Shown here piece after piece: positions 29,099 through 39,434 of a stretch of 64,000 nt of DNA. A program made the position numbers and the translations under genes. The notes beneath the pieces are model-generated. The model was not told the DNA's origin. It searched no databases and saw nothing but the letters and a program-made list of their open reading frames with translations. Origin of the DNA: an uncultured Pirellulales bacterium (GTDB lineage Bacteria > Planctomycetota > Phycisphaerae > Sedimentisphaerales > Anaerobacaceae); the NCBI GenBank assembly GCA_964494805.1, contig CAZBST010000007.1:44493-108492 (forward strand), in the 5' to 3' direction. Position 1 is the stretch's first letter; each line of letters opens with the position of its first letter.

Positions 29099-30006
29099 CC
29101 GTGGCTGATTATCGCGTAAATCTCGATATCTTTGCAGGGCCGATGGATTTACTATTGTATCTTGTCCGCAGGGAGGAAGTGGACATTTATGATATTCCAA
29201 TCGCAGAGATAACCGACCAATATGTCCGCTACATCGAAATGCTGCAAAGTCTGGATATTGATTTAGCGGGCGATTTTTTAGTGATGGCCTCCACATTATT
29301 GCAGATAAAATCTGCGATGCTGCTTCCAAAAACGGATGCCGATACCGCAGTCGGCGGCGAGGACTTAGCCGACCCGCGAGCAGAGCTTATCCGGCAGCTT
29401 CTCGAATATAAAAAGTTCAAGGACGCCGCCAACTTACTCGGCGCTGCAGCCGATGAGACAGGCAAACGGTTTGCGCGACCAGGGACAATTATCGAGCAGT
29501 TGAAGCCCGGAGCGGAACCGGAAGTTGATATCGAACAGTTAAGCGTCTGGGACCTGCTTGAAGCATTCGGCTCAATTGTCGAGGCCACCGGCGGGGCCAG
29601 TTTCGATGTAAGTCATATCAAGGACGATACGCCGATCGATTTATATCAGATAGAGATTTTGCACCGTTTGCAAACGGAAGGAGCGATGAGCTTTGAACGA
29701 GTATTCGAGGGCCGAACCAGCCGAATAGTAATGATTGGATTATTCCTTGCGATTCTCGAATTAATCCGGGAGAAGCTGGTTGGGGCTGAGCAACAGAGGG
29801 GAGCCATATATTTGCGGCCATTGACCGATAAAAACGCCGAGCAGGCAGTGCAAGAGGCCATTTTTACTCTCGCTGAGACCAACAACGAACAACGCGTTCA
29901 GGCGAAAAAAGAGGTGAAACCACCTATTCCAATAGCCGAACTGCCGCCCGAAAGCCAGCATAAGGCCTCTTCAGCAAAATATGAAGAAGCAGAACCAGCG
30001 AAATAG
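29095..30006 (+). CDS. scpA: Segregation and condensation protein A
   Basis: YRVNLDIFAGPMDLLLYLVRREEVDIYDIPIAEITDQY. The GTG start overlaps the trpS stop (GTGA). Confidence 0.85.
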   Translation: MTVADYRVNLDIFAGPMDLLLYLVRREEVDIYDIPIAEITDQYVRYIEMLQSLDIDLAGDFLVMASTLLQIKSAMLLPKTDADTAVGGEDLADPRAELIRQLLEYKKFKDAANLLGAAADETGKRFARPGTIIEQLKPGAEPEVDIEQLSVWDLLEAFGSIVEATGGASFDVSHIKDDTPIDLYQIEILHRLQTEGAMSFERVFEGRTSRIVMIGLFLAILELIREKLVGAEQQRGAIYLRPLTDKNAEQAVQEAIFTLAETNNEQRVQAKKEVKPPIPIAELPPESQHKASSAKYEEAEPAK

Positions 30007-30148
30007 GCGGAAAATTAATCCGCTGCGGGCGGATTAACAATTGACAGGGCATCTCTTCGCCACTAAAATGGTTTCCGTTTGTTGGAAAAAGTTTATATGA
30101 CCCATTTTGCAATCTTTCGCAAATGGTTGCCTCGGAAAGGATAAAGTA

Positions 30149-30475
30149 ATGGCTGGTAATATAACAGAGCTGACTGATGCCGATTTTGACGAGGTTGTTC
30201 ACAATTCTGATGTGCCGGTGCTGGTCGACTTCTGGGCGCCGTGGTGCGGACCGTGCAAGATGATGGCCCCGATACTAAAAGAAGTTGCGGATGAATATGC
30301 AGACAAGGCCAAAATCTGCAAGCTTAATACAGACGATGCTCGCGACAGTGCTATGGAATTCGGTATAAATGCAATACCGACCATTATCTTATTCAAGAAC
30401 GGCCAAGTTCAGAATAAATGGGTCGGCTTAACCAGTAAAAAAGTCCTCGCAGCCGCAATCGACGAATTGCTCTAA
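30149..30475 (+). CDS. trxA: Thioredoxin
   Basis: 108 aa from ATG 30149, with VLVDFWAPWCGPCKMMAP. Confidence 0.92.
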   Translation: MAGNITELTDADFDEVVHNSDVPVLVDFWAPWCGPCKMMAPILKEVADEYADKAKICKLNTDDARDSAMEFGINAIPTIILFKNGQVQNKWVGLTSKKVLAAAIDELL

Positions 30476-30523
30476 CCTGTGCTCCACAACTAATCGCTAC
30501 TTTACAGGCCAACCGATTAAGCT

Positions 30524-30907
30524 TTAATACCAGACCGTAATTATGAGGTTAGGTTCGGTCTTTTTCCCCTGAATCTCACCTGTAATCATATTGGTTCGTT
30601 TTATAGAGACACCAGGATTATTTTTCAGCCAGTTGGTGATTTGCTCATTGAGAAAATCGATGGCGCCGGCGTGCAGTTTTGTAAAGAAAGTTCTAACGGC
30701 TGTGATTCGTTCGGTGGAGTTTATTTCTTCAGCTGGCTTTTTTGCGGCCAGTCCTGCCGGCTGAGTCGGCTTCTCAATCTTCGGCGCCTCCGTCGTACCG
30801 CCACCTCCTAAATTCAAAGGCGAATGTGAAATGCCTGCACCACCTGTATTATTGTCAAAAGGAATTGGTTCATTGCGATCAGTTTTGTCGATACCGAAAT
30901 TGTCCAT
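30524..30907 (-). CDS. Hypothetical protein
   Basis: 127-aa ORF with a Gly/Pro-rich N-terminal half and a structured-looking C-terminal half. No motif recognised. Confidence 0.45.
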   Translation of the reverse strand: MDNFGIDKTDRNEPIPFDNNTGGAGISHSPLNLGGGGTTEAPKIEKPTQPAGLAAKKPAEEINSTERITAVRTFFTKLHAGAIDFLNEQITNWLKNNPGVSIKRTNMITGEIQGKKTEPNLIITVWY

Positions 30908-31042
30908 ATACAGTCCCTCAACTAAAAACTCTAAATTGCATTTGGTAATTCCCAGTATACATCCACTTGTTTAAAGTGTAAAGCGCCAAATTGAATTAAA
31001 ACATTAGACCGGGCGACGTTTTTCTGCTACTTTTATCCGGCT

Positions 31043-32440
31043 ATGAGAAGGAAAAAACACCAAAAACCCGAGCAAAATCGAGGGACTGTCGGCTTTATAG
31101 CTCTGGGCTGTCCTAAAAATATAGTTGACAGCGAAAGGATGTTAGCCGAAATCGCCAAGGCAGGTTTCCTGATAACCACCGAGCCCGATCCATCAAACAA
31201 GTGGTGGGCTGATGTCGTTGTCGTCAATACCTGCGGCTTTATCGCACCTGCAAAGGCCGAAGCGCTCAAAGCAATAAAACACGCCATAGATTGCAAGCGC
31301 AACGGCACCGTAAAGAAGGTGATTGTCGCAGGATGCCTTCCGCAAAGGTTGGGTGCAGAACTATTCAACCAGGCAAATGGCATCGATGCGATAGTCGGCC
31401 TCGGCCAGCGGGACGCAATAGCTCATATAATCAAGGAAACTGTCCGCCGGACGGATGGCGGACAAGTCCGCTCAAAACAGCCGGCCTCTTTCCTCGGTCA
31501 ATCGCCGCACGCAATCAGCGATGACAGAACCAGATTACTCATTACTCCGCGCCATTGGGCGTATCTGCGAATCAGCGAGGGCTGCAATCACCACTGCTCT
31601 TTTTGTACAATACCGGCAATAAGAGGGCCATTCAGGAGCAAACCCAAAGAACTTGTCCTCGATGAAGCCGCAGAATTGGTTTCTGCAGGCGCGGTAGAAT
31701 TGAATATCATAGCGCAGGACACAACTAACTACGGCCGGGATTTGAAAATAAAAAACGGCCTCGGTGAGCTGGCAAAAGAACTTGAAAAAATTGCAGGACT
31801 ATCGTGGATTAGATTGATGTATCTATACCCGGCCCGGATAACAAACCAGCTAATTAAAACCATCGCGGAAAGTGAAAAACTCGTCCACTATTTCGACATC
31901 CCCATTCAGCACATAAACGACAAAATCTTAAAGGATATGCACCGACCCGACACCAAGAAGAGCATCTATTCTCTTATTGAAAACCTGCGGACAACTATCC
32001 CGGATGCCGTACTGCGAACCACCCTTATCGTCGGCTTTCCCGGCGAGACCGACCGGCAATTTAACGAGCTGCTGGACTTCGTGAAACGAGCTGAATTCGA
32101 TGCACTCGGCGCCTTTAAGTACTATTCCGAATCCGGCACGGTCGCCGCAGAGATGCGCGGCCAGATCACGGATAAGATAAAACGACAGCGACTCAAAGAA
32201 TTGATGCTGACCCAGCAGAAAATCGCCTTTGCCAAGAACAAAAAGCGAATCGGCAGTGAACTTGCCTGCATAGTCGATTCCGCCGAAACGAAAAACGCCG
32301 CAAGGGGACGTTTTTACGGCCAGGCACCCGACGTCGACAGCATCTGCTTCATAAAAAACTGCTCAGCAAACCCGGGGCAATTCATTGAAACAAAAGTCAT
32401 CGGTACAAAAAACTACGATTTGGTCGTTGAGCAAGTTTAG
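31043..32440 (+). CDS. rimO: Ribosomal protein S12 methylthiotransferase (radical SAM, MiaB/RimO family)
   Basis: 465 aa with VGFIALGCPKNIVDSE, the radical-SAM motif CNHHCSFC and a C-terminal TRAM-like domain. Confidence 0.8.
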   Translation: MRRKKHQKPEQNRGTVGFIALGCPKNIVDSERMLAEIAKAGFLITTEPDPSNKWWADVVVVNTCGFIAPAKAEALKAIKHAIDCKRNGTVKKVIVAGCLPQRLGAELFNQANGIDAIVGLGQRDAIAHIIKETVRRTDGGQVRSKQPASFLGQSPHAISDDRTRLLITPRHWAYLRISEGCNHHCSFCTIPAIRGPFRSKPKELVLDEAAELVSAGAVELNIIAQDTTNYGRDLKIKNGLGELAKELEKIAGLSWIRLMYLYPARITNQLIKTIAESEKLVHYFDIPIQHINDKILKDMHRPDTKKSIYSLIENLRTTIPDAVLRTTLIVGFPGETDRQFNELLDFVKRAEFDALGAFKYYSESGTVAAEMRGQITDKIKRQRLKELMLTQQKIAFAKNKKRIGSELACIVDSAETKNAARGRFYGQAPDVDSICFIKNCSANPGQFIETKVIGTKNYDLVVEQV

Positions 32441-32477
32441 GATTGTATTGCGGCGGAAAGAAATTAAAATTATCAGC

Positions 32478-33098
32478 ATGATTAAACAGATTCCAAATAT
32501 TCTGACTTTCGGACGGCTTATTTTAACCATTGTTTTTCTGATTATGCTTTTGCTGTCGCCACGGCTTTACACTGAGGGCGAACGTCCCTTCCCGGATTTC
32601 CTCGACTACGCATTTATAATTTTTGTTATAGCCGGCCTTACCGATGTGATAGACGGTCCCATAGCCCGAAAGTTAAATATCGCCACCAAATTCGGAAGGA
32701 TGCTGGACCCATTGATAGACAAGGTCCTTGTATGCGGGTCCTTTGTTTGTTTTGCGATAATCGGAGAGCCGAAACTTTTTAATTTAGAGCGAACTACAAT
32801 GGCAATAATCCAATGGTCGGCGGCAGGGGTCATTATTTTAAGAGAGGTTTACGTCACGACACTGCGTCATATAGCCGAGGCCCGCGGCATTAACTTTGCC
32901 GCCACAGTATCCGGAAAAATCAAAATGTTTTTACAGTCCTTCGCCATCGGAACGGTGGTAATAAAGATAGCCCACGTCCAGACCGCCAGATGGGGATACT
33001 GGTTTACCACCATAACGTTCGCATTTACGCTGATAGTTACTATTATTTCCGGCTTAAGGGCAACGCAGCGAAGCTCCTGGAAAAAAGCGACAAGTTAA
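32478..33098 (+). CDS. pgsA: CDP-alcohol phosphatidyltransferase (PgsA-like)
   Basis: PNILTFGRLIL...DGPIARKLNIATKFGRMLDPLIDK is the CDP-alcohol transferase motif. ATG 32478 is preferred over the track TTG 32385, which overlaps rimO. Confidence 0.8.
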   Translation: MIKQIPNILTFGRLILTIVFLIMLLLSPRLYTEGERPFPDFLDYAFIIFVIAGLTDVIDGPIARKLNIATKFGRMLDPLIDKVLVCGSFVCFAIIGEPKLFNLERTTMAIIQWSAAGVIILREVYVTTLRHIAEARGINFAATVSGKIKMFLQSFAIGTVVIKIAHVQTARWGYWFTTITFAFTLIVTIISGLRATQRSSWKKATS

Positions 33099-33198
33099 AG
33101 GCGCTGCATACCGACACATAAAATTCCAGAACCCCACCTGCAAACCCGTCCCAGCGGAGCACCAAGCTGCGGCCGGAAAAGTTTTATAATATCCAAAT

Positions 33199-33243
33199 AA
33201 AAAAACCGCTCTGAGGAAATAAATCCTTACAGCGGTTTAATTC
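33199..33243. terminator. Rho-independent terminator hairpin between convergent genes (stronger on the minus strand)
   Basis: aaaaaaAACCGCTctgaggaaataaatccttacAGCGGTTtaatt: a 7-bp outer stem plus an inner AGGA/TCCT pairing. A T-run follows the hairpin on the minus strand. Confidence 0.55.
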
Positions 33244-33308
33244 CCATTTTCGTCGTCGGGATATTTCTTTATAGTCTACTCAATCCTAAGTGCCACCTCG
33301 GGCGCTTT

Positions 33309-33647
33309 TTAAACTTCCCTGTAACTTTCTACCTTTATCCACTTCCGAACACCTTCCTCTGAAACGGTTCCCTCGACTTCAACTACCTTGTAAGCCATTG
33401 CTTTGCCGAGCTCCTCACCTTTTTCATCCAGAGTTATATTATAAACGACTTTATCTTTTGTTACCACAGTCACCTTAGTGATTACACCATTCACGTCCTT
33501 GGTAACATTTACCATACCCTGCACTTTGACCAGCTGCGGCTGCTCCGCCCCCGGAGTTGGCTCAGCAGCAAAGCATACTGCGCTCGGAAGTGCAGTCCCT
33601 GCGATTAACAAAATCGCAAGCTTCACCAAATCCTTTTTTACCAACAT
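33309..33647 (-). CDS. Small secreted protein, paralog 1 (unknown family)
   Basis: 112 aa. Signal peptide LAILLIAGTALPSAVCFAAE, then VKVQGMVNVTKDVNGVITKV...NITLDEKGEELGKAM...VEVEGTVSEE..KWIKV. GGAGG RBS. Confidence 0.7.
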   Translation of the reverse strand: MLVKKDLVKLAILLIAGTALPSAVCFAAEPTPGAEQPQLVKVQGMVNVTKDVNGVITKVTVVTKDKVVYNITLDEKGEELGKAMAYKVVEVEGTVSEEGVRKWIKVESYREV

Positions 33648-33945
33648 ATTTCTTTGCCTCCAAATATATTTTATACATTTGCAGTTTCCTCAAGAAGCAT
33701 ACACATCTTCACCTGCACAGCCAACGCTCGCCTCTGGTGCAATATCTCTCAATGACTTATTCAAATACTGTAAAAAGTCACCGGCCGACACCATCGCCAC
33801 AAACGTTTTCTACATCCCAAAAGCGATGTCCGGCCTATCAAAAAAACCGCCACAGACAATTACCATCTTAACTGCGATGGCGTGATACCCTGAGCTTGTT
33901 CGGACTGATATCTTGTCCTGCTAAATTATCCCAGGTTTATTTCGT

Positions 33946-34266
33946 TTATTCTTCAAGGGTGCTAAACGTCGATACTGTCAGCCACTTTTGGCCGTCTTTT
34001 TCAGAAACCACGCCCTCGACTTCGACGTTCTCGCCCTCCATACTCTCCCCAAGCTCTTCACCATTCGCATCGAGTTCAACATTATAAGCGCCTGCGTTTG
34101 TGACCAACTGCACTGCTGTGATGATATCGTTAGCGTCTCTGGTAACGCTGACAACGCCTTGCACTTGGACGGTCTCGCCCTCTGCTGCAAAGCAGGTCGA
34201 AACCAAAAGTACCATTGCCAGCATTGTCAAAAGTGCAATGCCCACTCTTTGTCTTTTCACAAACAT
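33946..34266 (-). CDS. Small secreted protein, paralog 2
   Basis: 106 aa. Signal peptide ending CFAAE, then VQVQGVVSVTRDANDIITAV...NVELDANGEELGESM...VEVEGVVSEK..KWLTV. AGGAG RBS. Confidence 0.7.
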   Translation of the reverse strand: MFVKRQRVGIALLTMLAMVLLVSTCFAAEGETVQVQGVVSVTRDANDIITAVQLVTNAGAYNVELDANGEELGESMEGENVEVEGVVSEKDGQKWLTVSTFSTLEE

Positions 34267-34483
34267 TTCTATTTTCTCCTGTAAATATGGTTAATAATCC
34301 CCCACCTACCAAGCCACGCGCTTCACAGCAGGGGATCATATATGTTCAACTGTATGATGTACTCCTTATATAAGGCGAAAAAGCGTAACTAACGACATAT
34401 TAAATGTCAACTAAAAAATGCTGCAGCGGCTCGAATTTCTTACCCGTCGCCCTTTTCACGGACCACCCAAAACCTGCACCCCC

Positions 34484-34512
34484 TTGACATAGATAAGCCC
34501 AGCATCTATCAT
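34484..34512 (+). promoter_or_regulatory. Putative promoter TTGACA-17-TATCAT upstream of dnaE
   Basis: ttgaca tagataagcccagcatc tatcat. Confidence 0.45.
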
Positions 34513-34549
34513 AAGCATACAGTTTTATTCTTAAGGAAGTGTCTAACTT

Positions 34550-37500
34550 ATGCCAAGTAAAGGATTTACGCATCTTCATTTACACAGCCAATATTCACTG
34601 CTCGATGGTGCAATATCTCTCGACAAATTACTCAAGCGCTGCAAACAATTGGAAATGGATGCCGTAGCCGTTACCGACCACGGCAATATGTTTGGCGCCG
34701 TCGAATTCTATACAAAAGCGGTTGTCTCCCACATAAAACCAATCCTCGGCATCGAAGCATATATCGCCCCGCACAGCAGATTTGACAGAAGAAAATGCAG
34801 TATCACCGATGCTGCTTTTCATCTAATACTTCTGGCTGAAAACAATACCGGCTATCAAAATCTTTTGAAACTGGCAAGTGCCGGCTTCACTGAAGGATTT
34901 TATTATCGCCCCAGAATTGACAAAGAAATCCTCGCCGAGCTAAGCGCCGGGCTGATAGCCACATCGGCTTGTCCCAAAGGCGAGCTTGCAACGCTACTGG
35001 CCAGAGGTGATGAAAAGGGAGCCTTTGCCGCTGTAGAAAGCTATATGAAGATATTCGGCTCCGACAGATTCTTCATTGAAATCCAAAACCACGAAAATGA
35101 TGACCCGCACATCCGTGAGGCGCTGATAAATCTTGCAAAAAAGAAGTCTTTGCCGCTGGTCGCAACCAATGATGTGCATTTTTTACAAGAGAATGACTGG
35201 GAAGCACACAATTGTTTATGCTGTATAAGCACCGGCAAAAACGCTGACGACCCCAACAGGATGATTTATCCGAAAGATATTTTCCTAAAAGATGCTGAAC
35301 AAATGCGATCACGCTTTGCGGATCTTGCTCCTGATGCCTGCGACAATACCCTGGCCATTGCTGAGCGTTGCAATGTGGAGCTTGATTTGAAAACTCGCCA
35401 TGCCCCCCGCTTCAAACCTCCGGACGGCACAACCGCCGACGAATTTCTCACCAAATTATGCTACGAACGGGCCGAGCGGATATACGGTCAAACCACAAAC
35501 AAAATAAAAGAGCGATTAGACAGGGAACTGGATGTAATCAAATCGAAAGGATTCGCCAGTTACTTTCTTATTGTCTGGGACTTCTGCAATTATGCCCACG
35601 AAAACAACATCCCCGCAGGGGCAAGAGGCAGCGGCGTCGGGACGCTGGTAGGATATTGCCTCGGATTGTGCGATGTTGACCCGATTAGATACGACCTGCT
35701 TTTCGAACGATTTATGGATCCGCAGCGCAACGAACTGCCCGATATCGATATCGATATCTGCCAGGTCAGCCGGGCCAAAATCATCGATTATGTCCGCCGG
35801 AAATACGGCCAGGTCGCACAAATCATAACTTTCGGAACAATGAAAGCACGGGCCGTTATCCGTGACATCTGCAGAGTTCTCGGCGTGCCGCTGAGCGAGG
35901 CCGACACATTAGCCAAGCTTGTCCCTGACTCTCTCGGCATGACACTCGATAAAGCCCTAAATACCGAGCCGAAGTTAAAACAAGCTTATGAGCAAAGCGA
36001 GCAAACCAGAAAAGTGATTGACCTCTGTAAAAAGCTCGAAGGCCTCACCCGTCACGCATCCGTTCACGCTGCCGGCGTTGTCATAGCCGATGAGCCGCTG
36101 ACCAATTTCATACCCCTCTACAAGGCGCCTGACTCCGACGACATCATAACCCAGTTCGAAGGGCCCATAGTTGAAAAAGTCGGCCTATTAAAGATGGACT
36201 TTCTGGGCCTGAAGACGCTCAGCGTTCTGGAGCGTGCCCGCCAGTTAGTCGCCAGTCTCCGTAAGCAGGACATCGACCTGAAAAAAATCGATTTCAGTAA
36301 CCAGAAGGTTTTTGAATTATTCTCCAGCGGCCAAACAAAGGGTGTCTTCCAATTTGAGTCCGGCGGTATGCAGGACTTGTTAATGAAAATGAAGCCCGAC
36401 AGAATTGAAGACCTCATCGCCGCAAATGCGCTATACCGCCCGGGTCCTATGATACTAATCCCGGATTATATCGAGCGAAAGCATGGGGCAAAATGGCGTC
36501 TGCCGCATCCGATTATGAACGAAATCCTCGATGAGACCTACGGAATTATGGTCTATCAGGAACAGGTGATGCGGATTTGTAATCGCTTAGGCGATATACC
36601 TTTGCGGGAGGCCTACGGCCTAATCAAGGCGATAAGCAAAAAGAAAGCCAGAACTATCGCCAAGGAAAAAGAGAGATTCATAGCCGGCTGCACCAATAAA
36701 GGCTTAACGAAAAGTCAGGCGCAGCAGATTTTTGAATTTATCGAGCGCTTCGCCGGCTACGGCTTCAACAAGAGCCACTCGACCCGCTATGCCATCATCG
36801 CATATCAGACAGCCTATATGAAGACCTACTGGCCTGTCGAATATATGGCGGCGCTGTTGACTTATGAAATGGGCGACACCGATAAGGTCGTCAGTTATAT
36901 CACCGAGTGCAGGAAAATGAATATCGAGGTCCTGGCGCCGGACATCAACGAAAGCGGCGTTGATTTTACGCCTCTTTACAAAGGCCACGGGGAAGAAAGA
37001 AAGGGCGTAATACGCTTCGGTCTGGCTGCGGTCAAAGGCGTCGGTGAAAAGGCCGTCGAGCAAATCATCGCCGCACGCGAGAAAGCAGGCCGATTCCAGA
37101 GTCTGTTCCATTTCTGCGAAAATGCCGATTTAAGGGCTGCCAACAAACAGGTAATCGAAGCCCTGATAAAAGCCGGCGCCTACGACAAACTCGGAGGAAG
37201 CCGGGCACAAATGCTGTCCGGTCTGGAAAAGGCGATGCAAATCGGCACTGCGCTGCAGGCCGACAAGCAAAACGGCCAGATGAACTTTTTCGGTAAATCT
37301 GACGAAGCCGACTATTCACGAGACCACGAACGCCTGCCGAATGTCACCCCCTGGCCTGAGCCACAAATGTTAGCTTATGAAAAAGAGGTCCTCGGCTTCT
37401 ATGTGACCAGCAACCCCTTGAGCCATCACGCCGAAACAATAACCCTTTATTCCACGCTCGACACCTCACAATTGGCCGACAGTACGCAAAACAAACAAGT

Positions 37501-38002
37501 CGTCATCGGCGGACTGATAAATAAAATCAGATACCACATCACACAAAAGGGACGAAACGCCGGGGCGAAAATGGCCGTCTTTACGCTCGAAGATTTGCAG
37601 GGTCAAGTCGAAGTTGTTTTGTTCCCTGATGTGCTGGATAAATTCGCAGAACTGCTGCTCAAAGATACTATCGTCTTTGTAAAAGGGAAACTCGATTACA
37701 GAAGGGAAAAGCCCAACATCATCGCCGCAGAACTGATAGCCCTCGACGGGGTCAGAGAAAAATTAGCTGCGAAAGTAAGGATAAAATTAGACGCGAAGGA
37801 CGTTACCAAAGAGAGGGTTGCGGCGATAAAAAGCATCTGCCAGCACCACAAAGGACAAAGCCCTGTTTATGTAGCGGTAAGGACCAACAAAGGCCGGGTC
37901 TATGCAACCGCCGACAGGGGCCTTAATGTCAATCCCGACCTCGAATTCTGCAGAAAAATGCGGCAGCTTGTCGGCGAAGAAAACTTCCAACTGGCAAAAT
38001 AA
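34550..38002 (+). CDS. dnaE: DNA polymerase III alpha subunit
   Basis: 1150 aa with a PHP N-terminus (FTHLHLHSQYSLLDGA), PDIDIDI and an OB-fold C-terminal region. Confidence 0.95.
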   Translation: MPSKGFTHLHLHSQYSLLDGAISLDKLLKRCKQLEMDAVAVTDHGNMFGAVEFYTKAVVSHIKPILGIEAYIAPHSRFDRRKCSITDAAFHLILLAENNTGYQNLLKLASAGFTEGFYYRPRIDKEILAELSAGLIATSACPKGELATLLARGDEKGAFAAVESYMKIFGSDRFFIEIQNHENDDPHIREALINLAKKKSLPLVATNDVHFLQENDWEAHNCLCCISTGKNADDPNRMIYPKDIFLKDAEQMRSRFADLAPDACDNTLAIAERCNVELDLKTRHAPRFKPPDGTTADEFLTKLCYERAERIYGQTTNKIKERLDRELDVIKSKGFASYFLIVWDFCNYAHENNIPAGARGSGVGTLVGYCLGLCDVDPIRYDLLFERFMDPQRNELPDIDIDICQVSRAKIIDYVRRKYGQVAQIITFGTMKARAVIRDICRVLGVPLSEADTLAKLVPDSLGMTLDKALNTEPKLKQAYEQSEQTRKVIDLCKKLEGLTRHASVHAAGVVIADEPLTNFIPLYKAPDSDDIITQFEGPIVEKVGLLKMDFLGLKTLSVLERARQLVASLRKQDIDLKKIDFSNQKVFELFSSGQTKGVFQFESGGMQDLLMKMKPDRIEDLIAANALYRPGPMILIPDYIERKHGAKWRLPHPIMNEILDETYGIMVYQEQVMRICNRLGDIPLREAYGLIKAISKKKARTIAKEKERFIAGCTNKGLTKSQAQQIFEFIERFAGYGFNKSHSTRYAIIAYQTAYMKTYWPVEYMAALLTYEMGDTDKVVSYITECRKMNIEVLAPDINESGVDFTPLYKGHGEERKGVIRFGLAAVKGVGEKAVEQIIAAREKAGRFQSLFHFCENADLRAANKQVIEALIKAGAYDKLGGSRAQMLSGLEKAMQIGTALQADKQNGQMNFFGKSDEADYSRDHERLPNVTPWPEPQMLAYEKEVLGFYVTSNPLSHHAETITLYSTLDTSQLADSTQNKQVVIGGLINKIRYHITQKGRNAGAKMAVFTLEDLQGQVEVVLFPDVLDKFAELLLKDTIVFVKGKLDYRREKPNIIAAELIALDGVREKLAAKVRIKLDAKDVTKERVAAIKSICQHHKGQSPVYVAVRTNKGRVYATADRGLNVNPDLEFCRKMRQLVGEENFQLAK

Positions 38003-38003
38003 G

Positions 38004-38795
38004 ATGACCGAAATCAAAAAAACGTTAGCAATCCTCAAAGCCCGCTGGCCGGAGACCATTCTTATTATTGGTGTTTATCTTTTGCCCTTGCTGTCAAGTA
38101 GACTTGTCACAGAGTTAGGACCAAAATCAATACGAACTCTCAGCTTAGTAATTCCATTGCTGTCGTTGTTATTTTTATTAATTCAAACTTTGCTCCTTAG
38201 TGGTTTTCTCAGGACAATCTGTTTAGAATGCTCAAAACGGCAATCCCCGCTGACTCTGCTGAGGGTAGGCATGCATTTTCTCTGGCGGATGTTCGCATTA
38301 TTTCTGATTTATATGCTGTCTTTTATGCTTTTATTCTGGATATTTTCCAGATTGGCTCACAGGTATATTGGTTCCGGTGCCTCGCATGCCGTTTTTTGGT
38401 TTAATGTATTATATCCTGTTTTTGTAAATTCAATCCTGATTAAGCTGATGCTGTTACTGCCTGCTTTGATAATCGTATTAGACTGCACAATTTTCGATAG
38501 CTTCAAATTGTTCAGGCGGTACAAGTTATCGAACGCAAAAGAATTAGTCTTTTTATACTTTGCTAACATTGCTATTGGTCTTTCGAGGTCAATATTGTCG
38601 TTCTATTTTTTGGACACCACCCATTATGGCACAACGGTATTATCGCAATACATTTCGAGAACAATTTTTTTTCTGATAACATCTTTTATCAACTTAATGA
38701 TAGCAATCATGGCTGTTAGATTTGTAGCTTCTCAGAATTTAGTATATGATGTCAAACTGGTTGAAGATTCGCCAAAATATGTAAACGGGAATTAG
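38004..38795 (+). CDS. Polytopic membrane protein, unknown function
   Basis: ATG 38004 lies 2 nt after the dnaE stop. Several hydrophobic segments. The track start at 37902 overlaps dnaE. Confidence 0.55.
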   Translation: MTEIKKTLAILKARWPETILIIGVYLLPLLSSRLVTELGPKSIRTLSLVIPLLSLLFLLIQTLLLSGFLRTICLECSKRQSPLTLLRVGMHFLWRMFALFLIYMLSFMLLFWIFSRLAHRYIGSGASHAVFWFNVLYPVFVNSILIKLMLLLPALIIVLDCTIFDSFKLFRRYKLSNAKELVFLYFANIAIGLSRSILSFYFLDTTHYGTTVLSQYISRTIFFLITSFINLMIAIMAVRFVASQNLVYDVKLVEDSPKYVNGN

Positions 38796-38807
38796 AAAGA
38801 ATAAATT

Positions 38808-39428
38808 TTGCAGAACAAATTATCAGGCAAATTCATCGTTATCGACGGTCCCGACGGCTGCGGGAAGACTACGCAAACAAAACTGCTGGTTGACTGGCTG
38901 AAAAAGCGGGATATTGCGGTCGAGACCTTCCGTGAGCCGGGCGGAACAGCCATCGGTGAGAAAATTCGCCAAATCCTGCTCAACCCTGAGCATATCGCTA
39001 TGGGCACGGAAACCGAAGTGATGCTCTATATGGCGGCAAGAGTTCAGCTTTGGCAGGAAAAAGCAAAACCGGCCTTAAAAGAAAATAAATGTGTCGTTCT
39101 CGACAGGTGGCTCTCAAGCACCTGTGCCTATCAGGGTTCTGCCGGTGGGTTCGGAATAGACAAGGTCATAAAAATTGCAAGAGACTGCCTTGAAAAGCCC
39201 TGGCCTGATTTGACAATAATCCTCGATGTTGATTTAGAGACTGCGGCGAAGCGGCTCAAGAAAGACCTCGACAGGATGGAGCAAAAAGGCGATGGCTACC
39301 ACAAAAAAGTCCGCAAGGGTTTCTTGAAATTAGCCGACGGTCGTGAGGATTTTGTCGTCATCAACGCCGCCGATGATATTGAGACCATTCATAAAAAAAT
39401 AACTGGCATCATTGAAAAGATATTTTAG
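38808..39428 (+). CDS. tmk: Thymidylate kinase
   Basis: GKFIVIDGPDGCGKTTQ P-loop, DRWLSST.AYQG. TTG start. Confidence 0.9.
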   Translation: MQNKLSGKFIVIDGPDGCGKTTQTKLLVDWLKKRDIAVETFREPGGTAIGEKIRQILLNPEHIAMGTETEVMLYMAARVQLWQEKAKPALKENKCVVLDRWLSSTCAYQGSAGGFGIDKVIKIARDCLEKPWPDLTIILDVDLETAAKRLKKDLDRMEQKGDGYHKKVRKGFLKLADGREDFVVINAADDIETIHKKITGIIEKIF

Positions 39429-39434
39429 CGAACA

